A DNA stretch of 45,984 nt from Chiloscyllium plagiosum (lineage: Eukaryota). Under the pieces are notes generated by a model. The model was not told the origin of the DNA. It did not search any database and was given only the letters and a program-made list of their open reading frames with translations. The translations under genes and the position numbers were made by a program. The stretch spans positions 42,942,319 through 42,988,302 of the forward strand of contig NC_057728.1 in NCBI RefSeq assembly GCF_004010195.1. The letters are read 5' to 3'. Below are positions 1 to 10,517 of this stretch, piece after piece (positions within the stretch are counted from its first letter, which is position 1; every line of letters starts with the position of its first letter).

Positions 1-207
1 ACTCCGGCCTATCACCCTCACCTTGACCTCCTTCCACCTATCGCATTTCCAATGCCCCTCCCCCAAGTCCCTCCTCCCTACCTTTTATCTTAGCCTGCTG
101 GACACACTTTCCTCATTCCTGAGGAAGGGCTTATGCCCAAAACGTTGATTCACCTGTTCCTTGGATGCTGCCTGACCTGCTGCGCTTTTCCAGCAACACA
201 TTTTCAG
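1..207 (+). mobile_element. Penelope-like element 3' terminal repeat (pLTR) fragment with degenerate hammerhead motif
   Basis: C-rich tract, then CTGAGGA-A-GGGC-TTAT-GCCC-AAAACGTT (119-146; G12 mutated to A) and the tail GATGCTGCCTGACCTGCTG...TTCCAGCA shared with 20260-20395 and 29158-29316. Confidence 0.75.
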
Positions 208-651
208 AAGCATTCATAGATATTGGTATCATTTGCTGAAACTGCATGCTATTCTAGGAGAGTGCTGGAAAGCAAATATAGTCCCCAACTCTTTTTCTTT
301 CCCATAGATCATCATTTTAAACCACTCTACTCTGTCTCCTCCACCTTCACATTCAATGAACAGTGTGAGGAGCTCATGGACTTCTTTGTTACTAATACAA
401 AGATAATCCAATCAATTGCCTCATTTATTCCCTTCTCTTCCTCTCACCAAGCCAAGCTTTCTTTAAAGTTTACCCTGTCCTCATTGTGAACTATGTAATA
501 GCTGTCCTGTTTTCCCTCATGTCCTCTCCAAACTCATCTAGTCCATGAGATCCACAATTCTCAACCCTATTCCTACTAAGCTGCTGACAATCCAACTTCC
601 CTTCCTTATTTCTAAATTATCTGGTACCAGTAATGCTTCTCCATTTACTTA

Positions 652-836
652 ATCAAAAGTGCAGTGCTGGAAAAGCACAGCAGGTCAGGCAGCCTCCCAG
701 GAACAGAAGACTTGACTTTTTGGGCATAAGCCCTTCATCAGAATTCCTGCTCTTCAAATGCTGCCTGACTTGCATGCTTTTCCAACACTACACTCTCAGC
801 TCTGATCTTCAGCATCTGCAGTCCTCACTTTCTCCA
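652..836. mobile_element. Short inverted (hairpin) Penelope-derived mini-element
   Basis: Imperfect inverted arms (GTGCTGGAAAAGCACAGCAGGTCAGGCAGC / GCTGCCTGACTTGCATGCTTTTCCAACAC); minus-strand CTGATGA-A-GGGC-TTAT-GCCC-AAAA core; flanking direct repeat TTCTCCATTTACTTA at 637-651 and 830-844. Confidence 0.75.
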
Positions 837-1269
837 TTTACTTATTGTCCCCTTACTTTAAGTTTGCTGCCATTGCCTTCTCCACAGTAAAACACATTGT
901 ACCACACAAATGCCAAACCTCAATCATCTCCAAAAAGAGAATCTAACCAGAGCCCATTCGTATTCAATGTGATTATCATAGCCGATGCCCTGGCTTCCCA
1001 CTGATTGTGAAATTAAATAAAACCGCCTTGTAAATACAGTGGTTACAAGAGTAAGTCGGAGACTGGAAGTTCCATCGTGAGCAACTCAACTCCTGATTCC
1101 AAACAGGCTGACCTCTAACTGAAAGACATAACTCAGCAGTATCAGAGAATCTGCTCCACAGGTGAGTGGAGCTCCAACAGCAGATGGAGCAAGCTGTCAG
1201 GAAAGTGAATGGAATGCTAGCCTTTTATTGTGGGATGATTCCGGTACAGAAGTAGTGAAGTCTTGCTTC

Positions 1270-1975
1270 ACTTATATGTGGTTCTGGAGTGCTTGTTCTG
1301 CTTTGGTTTTCTTATCTCAAAAAGATAGTATTGCCATGGAGACAGTTCAATAAAGATTCACCAGACTTGTTCCTGGGATAGCAAGACTAACCTATGAACA
1401 GAGACTGGGAGAACTGGGCCTGTATTCTCGAAAGTATCAAAGAATGAGACCTTCCAAATTAAAGGAATATGCAGAGCAGATGCAGGTAAATTGTTTCCCT
1501 TGGCTGGAGAGTCTAGAACCAGGAGACACATTTCAAAAATTATGGGGATAGCACAAGATTCAAAGTGAGGAGAATTTTATTTACACAACATTTTGTGAAC
1601 CTTTGGAATTCTCTACTGCAAAGACTGTAAAAAATCAGTCTTTGTCCATGTTTAATGTAGTGATGGATGGATTTCTAAAATAAGACAAGGAATTGTAAAT
1701 CTGAAACAATAATAGAAATTGCTGAGGAAAATCTACAGGTCTCACAACAGTTGTGAAGAAAACACAGAGTTAACGTTTTGAGTCCAGTAACCAGTTCTGC
1801 AGAAGGGTCACTGGATTCAAAAAAATTAACTCTGCTTTCTCACCATAGGCATTGATCAATGTAGAGGGATATGGGGATGGGGAGAGTAGGAGGCATTGAC
1901 AAGTTCAACCATCTATGATAATTCTACAGGGCAGGTTCAACAGGTTGAATGGCCCCCTTCTATTCCAATGTTCTG
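1270..1975 (+). mobile_element. Degenerate CR1 LINE 3' fragment (end of RT plus 3' UTR), interrupted by a Penelope-like fragment
   Basis: AGATTCACCAGACTTGTTCCTGGGATA (RFTRLVPG), GAGTCTAGAACCAGG, GTGAACCTTTGGAATTCTCT (NLWNSL) and the tail GAATGGCC..TTCT..TCC..TGTTCT. Confidence 0.65.
1695..1850. mobile_element. Inverted Penelope-like terminal fragment (second family)
   Basis: CAGAGTTAACGTTTTGAGTCCAGTAACC is imperfectly inverted against GGTCACTGGATTCAAAAAAATTAACTCTG; degenerate CTGCAGAAGGGTCACTGGATTCAAAA hammerhead-like core. Confidence 0.6.
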
Positions 1976-2064
1976 ACAACCGTCAGGAATCTCCATATCA
2001 TGGAGGATAAAGCATCACACTTGATTCACAATCAGTCCTTATCTTAAACACTTTAAACATTTAG

Positions 2065-2440
2065 CACAATGCACTGTGGCAGCAGTGTTTTCCACCTACA
2101 AGATACACTGCAATAATTCTCCCTAACTCTAGCTCTTTCAACAGTACCACTGAAACACGCAAACTACCTAGAAGAAAAAAACCCAGCAGATTCTTGGGAA
2201 CACCACCACTTGAAATTTCCAATCCAAGTCACTCATCACATTGATTTAGAACTATATTCCTTCTCCTTCACTATCACTGGGTCAAAACATTGGAACTCCC
2301 TTCCCAACTGCAATTCAGTTGCACTTCTACCATATTGTCCATAGCGGTTCGAATAAGTGACTCACTAACACTATCTGAAGAGCTTTTAGATATGGGGTGT
2401 AAATGCTGACCTTGATGGTAATGCTCAGATCCCAAGAAAT
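2065..2440 (+). mobile_element. 3' end of an old L2/CR1-group LINE
   Basis: GGGAACACCACCACTTG..., CACTGGGTCAAAACATTGGAACTCCCTTCC (K.WNSLP) and a tail ending TAAATGCTGACC; a related tail lies on the minus strand at 29765-29870. Confidence 0.5.
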
Positions 2441-2739
2441 AATTTTAAACATCCTTGGCTTCCTCAGACTTGAAAACGACTTTATCATGCCAACGCAAAC
2501 ATTTCTCTCCTCTCCAAAGTACTTAAATGTGTTGTCAGCTCCCAAATTTGTACTGATCATTCGAAGAATTCCATGTAGAAACTCATCCAGTCAGGCTGCT
2601 GCCCTTGCCAGAATACCAAAACAGCTCAAAACAAAGCCACAAGTAACATTTCATGTGACTGTGATAAAGGTGAACTAATTTAATCTTACTTTGCCAGTGT
2701 GCAGAATTTGGCATAATTGATCATGTTATTCTCTTCTAT

Positions 2740-3670
2740 TGCCTTTCTATTTTGTTGTCCAATTGGGACTGCACTTGCATGGCTCCATTATGATCTATCT
2801 AATCATAGCTGGAGAATCATTTTCAATAGCTTTCCTTCTCACTCCCAAACCATACCTTTGGTAGCCCTCAGGAATCTCATTGCCTACTCCCTGTTTCCTA
2901 TCAACATACTATTCTGTGATAAAATCAATGCTTCTTTCTGAATATACATTAATGACACTGAACTCCACCTCACCAGCAGCTCTCTAGACTCCTCCACTGT
3001 TTCCCAATTGCCAGACTGCTTGTTCAACATCCAGCGCTGTTTCAGCAAATATTTTTTCCAAATTAATACTGGGAAACCCAACTTTCTGTTCCTGAACACA
3101 CTCTTGCCCTAATTTCTTGTTCATAATGTTCACATATTTGTTTATATTTGACTCCTAGACAGGCTTCCAACAAACATATCAATGCCATCACTAAAACTAA
3201 AACTCTTTATTTCCACTTCCACAGTGTCCCCTGATGTTACCCCAGTTTGTGTAAATCTACTGATGACCTACTGCTCATCCATGCCTTCGTTACCTCTAGA
3301 CTTCACTATCCCAATGCTGTCTTGATCAACCTATGTTCTATGCTGTTTAAAATTAAGGTAATCTGAAACACCACTGCTAATGTCCTGCTCACCCATGATT
3401 CCTGTATGTTGGCGACATTGTCTCAGTTTTAGCAACGCTGCAATATTAAAATTGTCAGCAGGGTTTTCTATTCTAGCTTTAGGTTTCCTCACCTCTTTAG
3501 TCTCTGCTGCACAAAACTAAACGATATTGTTTAACATCTGAGTCCTCAGATTCTTGCCTCTTGAATATCCCAGTTTGAACTACTCCATTAGCTGTCAAGA
3601 TGCTAAATTCTGGATTGCTTTGCCTCTCTTTCACCCAATCACATTAAAGTCAACCTTTTTGTTTAAACTT
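2740..3670 (+). mobile_element. Degenerate L2-like LINE RT/3' fragment
   Basis: GCATGGCTCCATTATGATCTATC, CAAATTAATACTGGGAAAAC (QLN.GKT-like), CTCATCCATGCCTTCGTTACCTCTAGACTTCACTAT (LIHAFVTSRL.Y); many stops. Confidence 0.55.
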
Positions 3671-3678
3671 TGGACCAT

Positions 3679-4681
3679 TGTGACGATGCTGCGCCCTGAA
3701 GAGGGATGTGTTCAGTGGTGTTACTATTGCAGAGAGGAGTTGCCAGTGGTAGGGAATGTCTGCTTCAGAAGCAATAGGGTAAACAGATTTGAGCTCCCAG
3801 AGATTTTTTTAAAATTAGACAAAAGAAGCATGAGTGGGTGGAGTCAGCCTAACATGGATCCAGTGTTTTAGTTTTGCTTTAATTTGGGATTTTTGGCTGT
3901 TGAAGCTGATAGATACAGCTCTCTCTCTCTGCTACAGTAAAAAGCTTGAGTTCTCTCTCTGCTGTTAGATTGTTTCTTTTAGTGTTTTCTCATGGACTGG
4001 AGGACATCGCAAGTGAGGAAAACCTGTTTTGCTGAATTTGTCTTTGCCAAGGGTGTTTATGAGGTGCTGCTATATTAGAATAGTTGATGATTAGTAGTTA
4101 AATAAAATATTATTAGAACATAGAACATAGAAAAGTACAGCACAGAACAGGCCCTTAGGCCCACAATGTTGTGCTTAGACTTAATCCTAATGTAAAATAT
4201 AGTAATTTAACCTACACACCCCTCAACTCACTGCTATCCATGTGCATGTCCAGCAGTCGCTTAAATGTCCCCAATGACTTCGCTTCCACCACCTCAACTG
4301 GCAATGCATTCCATGCATTCCCAACTCTCTGCTTAAAGAACCTACCCCAATGTCTCCTTTATACCTTCCTCCTAATATCTTCAAACAATGCCTTTTCGTA
4401 CCAGTCAATCCTGCCCTGTGGAAAAGTCTCTGGCTATTGACTCTATCTATTCCTCTCATTTTATTAAGTATTTCAATAGAGTTAAAGTTATGTCAATTTT
4501 TTTTTCTGTTTCTATTTTAACTATGTTGTTAGAATAAAGTATGTTTTGCTTAAAGCCTAGTAGTGAACCAATCAAGAACAAATCAATCTTGAACACGGTG
4601 CCTTACATTTGCCTTTAAGTAAGATAAAAAATTAACCTATCTCCTTCTTTATTTTGAATGGGTTTAATCTGGTCCATAACA
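3679..4681 (+). mobile_element. Solo LTR (Gypsy-like), interrupted by a CR1 3' fragment
   Basis: TGTGACGATG...GTCCATAACA termini (TGT..ACA); 4-bp flanks CCAT/CCAC (one mismatch); AATAAA at 4533-4538; termini resemble the reverse complement of 34260-34822. Confidence 0.6.
4114..4459 (-). mobile_element. CR1 (HER1-like) 5'-truncated 3' end
   Basis: Minus ORF MRGIDRVNSQRLF...LKILGGRYKGD; (TTCTATG)n tail matching the young CR1 3' end at 41760-42096. Confidence 0.85.
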
Positions 4682-5227
4682 CCACCATAAGACCATAAGG
4701 CATTGGAGCAGAAATTAAGCTATTTGGCTCATTGAGTCTGCTCATTCAATCATGACTGATAGGTTTTTCTACCCCATTATCTTGCTTTCTCCCCATAACC
4801 TTTGATCCCCTTGTTGATCAATAACTTACTTATCTCTATATTAAATATAGTCACCGACATATCTATCGGTCATATTTCAGTGTCAAATTATGCCTTATAA
4901 CCCACTTGCAAAGTATCTTTGGATGATTTACTTTATTAAACGTATAGCAATTCAAGTTGATATTTTTATCCCAATGAGCATTGGAATCATTGCCCTAAAG
5001 CAGAGAAGGTAAAATAAAACTTTGATTGAAATCGTGATGAGATTTGATAAAGTAAACGTTTTTACTGGCAGAAGGGTTGGTCAGTCCGAAGTTCAAATTT
5101 GATGTAATTGGCAGAAAGAATTGTAAGAATATAGTTAATGAGTTGTTACAATCAGGAATACATTGCCTGAAAGGACAGTGGGAACAGAGTTAATGGTATC
5201 TTTCAAACTGGAATTAGAGATAAAGAA

Positions 5228-6432
5228 AACATAGAAGATATAAAAAGAAGTAGGCTATGTAACCCCTTGAGCCTGCTCCACCATTCAATATGATCACATC
5301 TGATCATTGAACTCAATACCCTAATCCCAACCTCGCTCACACCTCCCCCTCCCCAATCCTAGATCACTTTAGCTACTTCCTTTATCTATTCCTTCTTGAA
5401 GACACGGAATGTTTTGGCATCAATCACTTTCTGCGGCAGTCGATTTCACAGGCTCATCACTCTCTGGGAGAAGAATGTTAAAAATCACACAACACCAGGT
5501 TATAGTCCAACAGGTTTAATTGGAAGCACTAGCTTTCAGAGCACCGCTCCTTCATCTGGTGGGGGAAGATTAGTTTTCGCCTCATCTCAGTCCTAAAAGA
5601 TTTACTGCTTATCCTTAAGGTATGACGCTGGTTCTGAACTCCCCCACCATCAAAAATATCCTTCCTACGTGTAACCTGTCTAGTCCAGTTAGAATGTTAT
5701 ACATTTCTGTGAGCTCCCCCCATTGCTATTCTCCTAATTACTACTAAATACACTCCTAACCAATTCAATCTCTCCTCATATATCAGTCCTGCCATCCCAA
5801 GAATCAATATGGTAAATTTTCATTACACTTCCTCTATAGCAAGAACGTCCTTCCTCAGATCAGAAGACCAAAACAATATTCCAGGTGCGTCTTCACAAAT
5901 GCCCTGTATAATGGCACAAAGACATCCTTCTTCCTTTCCTCAAATCCTCCCGCTCTGTCGTTTGATTTCTTTGCTGCGTGCTGCACCTGCATACATATTT
6001 TCAGTGACTGCTGCACAATGACACTCAGATCTTATTAAATATTCCCATCTCTCAATTTATATCCATTCAAATAATAATCTGCCTTCTTATTTTTGCTACC
6101 AAAGTGGATAACCTCACATTTATCCACAGTTTACTGCATCTGCCATCATTTGCCCACTTACACTGCATGTCCAAATCACACTGCAACATCTCTGCATTCT
6201 CCTCACAGCTCACCCTTTCACATCTACAAATTTTGAGATATTACATGCCATTCTCTCACCTAAATCATTAACATATTTTGTGAATAGCTGTGGTCCTAGT
6301 ACTGATCCCTGCAGAACCCTACTAGCCACTGCCTGTCATTCAGCAGAAGACCTGTTTATTGCTACTGTTTGTTTCCTGTCTGCTGACCAATTTACTATCC
6401 ATCGCAACACCAAATCCCATGAGCTTTAATTT
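5228..6432 (-). mobile_element. Degenerate CR1 LINE RT/3' fragment
   Basis: Minus strand reads CAGGGATCAGTACTAGGACCACAGCTATTCACAAAATATGTTAATGATTTAG ([15 protein letters not shown]), GAGGTTATCCACTTTGGTAGCAAAA, and the CR1 tail at ~5228-5300. Confidence 0.8.
5476..5562 (-). mobile_element. Penelope-like terminal fragment (third family) nested in CR1
   Basis: AAAAATCACACAACACCAGGTTATAGTCCAACAGG nearly identical to 10222-10256; minus strand CAC-CAGATGA-A-GGAGC-GGT-GCTCT-GAAAGCTA-GTG (hammerhead with U4 mutated). Confidence 0.7.
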
Positions 6433-6683
6433 TACACATTGAGCTCTTAAATGTGATTGTATTAATACTTTAAAAAGAATCATTTGTTGGATTGTATGGA
6501 AATGTGACAGAGCGCGAATGCCTCCTACAAGAGCCTGCAGAGGTAAGATGGTCTGAATGACACCTTTTGTGCTGTAAGATTCTTTTTGACCAGGATGGAT
6601 TAAATTCACTGTTGAAGTATGGAATTTTTTTTTAAAGATATAATCACGATGTTTACAGGAATAATTAAAGAGTTCACAGAATA

Positions 6684-8030
6684 CTTTTTTATTACCCCCA
6701 CACTACCGCCAAACTGCAGTAGTGCTTATTTTAATCTCCTGTTTTTTTTTTACTTCTAACACTCCTGTTTTTTTTTTCTTTTTTTTTTACCCCCACACTA
6801 CCACCTAACTGCAGTAGTGCTTATTTTTTCCCCAGCACCCATGGTGTGTGTGTGCAGGTGTGAGATACAGTGAGAGACACAAGGTGCACGATTCTTTATT
6901 CAGTTTCCACCACCAGGAAGAAAGGAAACACCCGAGCGGCCAGTGACAAGCAGCGCCCTTCACATCAAAGGGCAATGCTGTGTGATCAAAAGGTGAAGGG
7001 GAGGGCTGGTATTAAATCAAAATAGAGTTGGAGGGGGAAGTAATGCACTCCACTCCTTGCGGTGCCCACCTCTCCCTGAACAACTCCAGGGTGTTAGTGG
7101 ACACCGCATGCTCCTTTTCCAGAGACACCAGGCTCTAACGTAACCGTGGAAGAGGGGCAGACAGTCGGCCCTAACGACCCCTCCACGGCCCGCTTCCTGG
7201 ACCAGTTTATAGCCAGTTTGGCCAGGCCCAGGAGCAGACCCACGAGGAGGTCTTCAGACCTGCCCTCCCTCCTCTGTACAGGATGTCCGAAGATCAGGAG
7301 CATGGGACTGAAGTGCAACCAAAAGCAGAGGAGGAGATTTTTAAGAAAATTAAAAAGGGAGTGTAAACGCCCACACCCAATATATACATGGTCCACGGAC
7401 TCCACAGCACCACAGAACAAGCAGTTGGGCTGGGAGTCCGTGAACCACTGCAACCTGCGGTTGCAGGGGACCACTGCATGCAGCACCCTCCACCCCAGAT
7501 CCCCAAGAGAAAGGGAGGGGGGGGGGGGGACTCCCACATAGAGAGCCCTCCACTGGGGATCCCCACTGCCCAGTGGCAAATGGGCATGCCAAGGCATGTC
7601 CAGGCGGTGGATGAGGGAGAAGAGGTGGACGGTGTGCAGCAGCAGTCAATACATGGCCTGCCTTTTTATGTCCTTAAAAGGGACAAAATTAAAATTCCAG
7701 AGGCGGCTCAGGTTGTGGGGCACAGGCTCCCGCGGGAAGTACGGGACCTTGGGGCCAATGTGAAATTCTGTCCGGGCAGGGGTGAGCACAGACAGGATCC
7801 CACCGCACACCTGCGCATCCTCCAACTGGTGCACTACGTCGGGTCCGAGCACCGCCGTTTTAAGGCGTCTATTGCTGCCCTGCTCGCTATGTCCTGCAGC
7901 AGCGTCCAGCCCAGGCCTCTGGCACCCAGCGCGTCCCTGACCTTGGTCACCCTCGCTGCCATGGTCCTCCCCTCCAACAGCCACTCGAACCCACGAGTAC
8001 GGAGGTGGGGCATCCATTGTTGAGACAACC
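6684..8030 (-). mobile_element. L1/Tx1-clade LINE 3' portion (C-terminal zinc-binding region), frameshifted, with poly(A) tail
   Basis: ORF 7094-7597 DLGWRVLH...NRRL...CLFCGAVESVDHVYIGC is the CCHC zf-RVT-type motif; CpG-rich; minus-strand AATAAA near 6895-6900 and T-runs at 6684-6788. Confidence 0.85.
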
Positions 8031-10220
8031 AGTACTTCAATATTCCTGAATTAATTTCCAGTGTTCAGGAAAATCCCATACATTTGCAAAGGGCAGGTGA
8101 ACATGCAGAATAGAGAAAGTGTTTTGCAATCTCTCCGAATATCCTCACAGCAATGACTGCTAAGGTTTGGACGTCTCTCAGTAAACAGTTAAAATTGTAA
8201 AGTGGGGAATGTATTAATTACAGTATTAACCATGCTTTCAAGAATGGTCAAGCAAAACTGTTTTTGGAAACATTTAAAAATGCATTTGACTTCTTTTATC
8301 AATAAATGGTAACTTCAGGTTGCAGGGATTTGGGGAAGATAAATATTCCTGTATAACTTGACGCGGGATATTAATCACTAACGTTTGATATTTACTTGCC
8401 ATTGTGAACTATTCAAACTTTATTTGAAAAACGCCAGTACTTGTTTCTTAGTTGGTTAAAGGTTTAAAGGCCATTATCCTTTGTCTACTGTAGCACAATG
8501 TGTCTTTAAAATACCATTGTAACTCCAGTTTACAACTGCAGTGTCGTCAGCGCTATTATTGGGTAAGACTTATAACACCTGCTAATAATTGCTACAAACG
8601 TTCATTACTATTGGACAAAAATTATCTCTTTAGAAACAAACTCTGGTAACTTTAACCCGGCTTCATTTTAAAAAATCTCTTGAAAAGATTGTTTGGTATT
8701 AATTATGACGATTAGTATCTGACTTTACATCCAAAGAAAACATACCTGATAGATGCAAAAGGCAAGTACTGGTGTACACGAGATCAGAGATCGGGATTCA
8801 ATCTATGTTTTGTCCAGAGGGATTTGGTTGCAAAATTCTCTGCTGAAAAACTAATAAAAGTGATTCGAGTTGGAGATCATATCTGCTGTCCACAGTGTTT
8901 AAAGACAGAACCAAGGTTTCGTTTTCAGAACCTAATCTCTAATGCTTAACCCGAAAAGGGAGTATTTATTTGTATTTTAAACACGGCTTAGTCACGATTA
9001 TTTCATAAAACGACCAAACTTCCAGCGCTCCTGATTAGAAAATTAATTAACTAGTGGCAATAACAAACAAAATAATTCGAGATGAAAATCTCAGATAAAA
9101 TGTTTAGACAAAGGCTTGATGGCAGACTGCTGCATAGACAGCAAAAGTCTGCAAACTGCTGTTAAACCATGTGCCATGTTTTCAGAGTCCACGCTGAGAA
9201 GATGCAATGCTCTGATTTCGAACACTGTAATTCTTTGTGGGAGAGTTTAGTGACAAACAGAAGTTAGTTCACTCATCAATTTTCAACTTCTGTTGGCGAG
9301 ATGTGATGTTGGATGTCTTTATTTTAAAGACATTCTGGTGTGTGAGTCTAAGATTGCCGGATCCACGCAACCTTGCGGCGTATTGAGTTTCCTCACTAGT
9401 CAGATAACATTCCGAATTTGCACGGCAGTCCGGAAGAATCAGTGCTGTGCAGTTGGATCACACTGGTCACTGTACAAGTCTCGCGTTGTACAATGAGAAC
9501 CCCACTTCAGATCCATATGTTGATTGCTTGGTATAAGCACAGTATTTTACTGGCACTATACTGTTTTTTTCTTAAAGCGCACGTGACCTTCTGTAAACAC
9601 TTTAATGATCATGTAAATTCGGTAAAAGTAATAATCATTGTACAGTTGGCAAGTGGCTGGCCCGGTTTGCCCTTCAGAAGGAAAATGTGGGAGATCTTCC
9701 CCCTTGTGGGAGCCTTGGAGAAGAAATTTACTTTGATCTCTCTCGGAAGGCGGTTAGAACAGCAAAACTCAATGTCTTCTTCAGCTGTCCCAGCCAAGTA
9801 CTAAACGGATTGAATGTGGGCCTGAATGTTAGTTCGCGAGATATGGGGAAAGGTCGCAAAGACACGTTCCAAACGTTCTGACAGATGTAATGCAAATCCT
9901 GGCTGCACTCCCCATGAAAGTTGGAACGCGCACTGCGCACAGTCCTTGTGTTTCTGACTCACAATCAGCGAGAATTCCACTTAATTTCAAATCGATTGAG
10001 CAGGTCCAAATTGTTTAAATGGGATGCGGACAAAAACCGGGAGACATAAGCATTCAATGAGCTTTGAGACACTTGGTTTTACAGGGCGCATGAGAAGTTT
10101 ATTTGATAGTGCAAATGGTTTAACGCACTCAACATCGGTTGTGGGAGATCAGACTCTTAAGACGAGCAAAAAGAACATTAGTTGTTAGCACAATCATTAA
10201 ACGTTGCCAATGATTTGATT

Positions 10221-10517
10221 TAAAAATCACACAACACCAGGTTATAGCCCAACAGGTTTAATTGGAGCTTTCGGAGCGCTGCTCCTTCATCAGGTGGTTG
10301 TGGAGTACGCAATTGTAAGACACAAAATTTATAGCAAAAGTTTACAGTGTGATGTAACTGAAATTATACATTGAAAAATACCTTCATTGTTTGTTAAGTC
10401 TCTGATCTGTTAGAATGACCATGATAGTTGCATTTCTTTCATATGTAAATCACCAAACTTTTTGAAAGTTACATTCTCAGGTTAACTGTAACAATTGGTG
10501 TCAGGCCAGATAAGATG
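10221..10517 (-). mobile_element. Penelope-like terminal fragment with 10-bp TSD, ~2 kb upstream of myf5
   Basis: TGATTTGATT at 10211-10220 and 10518-10527; minus-strand core CTGATGA-A-GGAGC-AGC-GCTCC-GAAAGCTC at 10265-10293. Confidence 0.75.

Noticed and set aside
7146..8023. 131-aa and 211-aa plus-strand ORFs
   Set aside because: Antisense to the GC-rich Tx1 ORF2 remnant
9418..9804. 128-aa ORF upstream of myf5 as a myf6 remnant
   Set aside because: No bHLH or helix III similarity; non-ATG start
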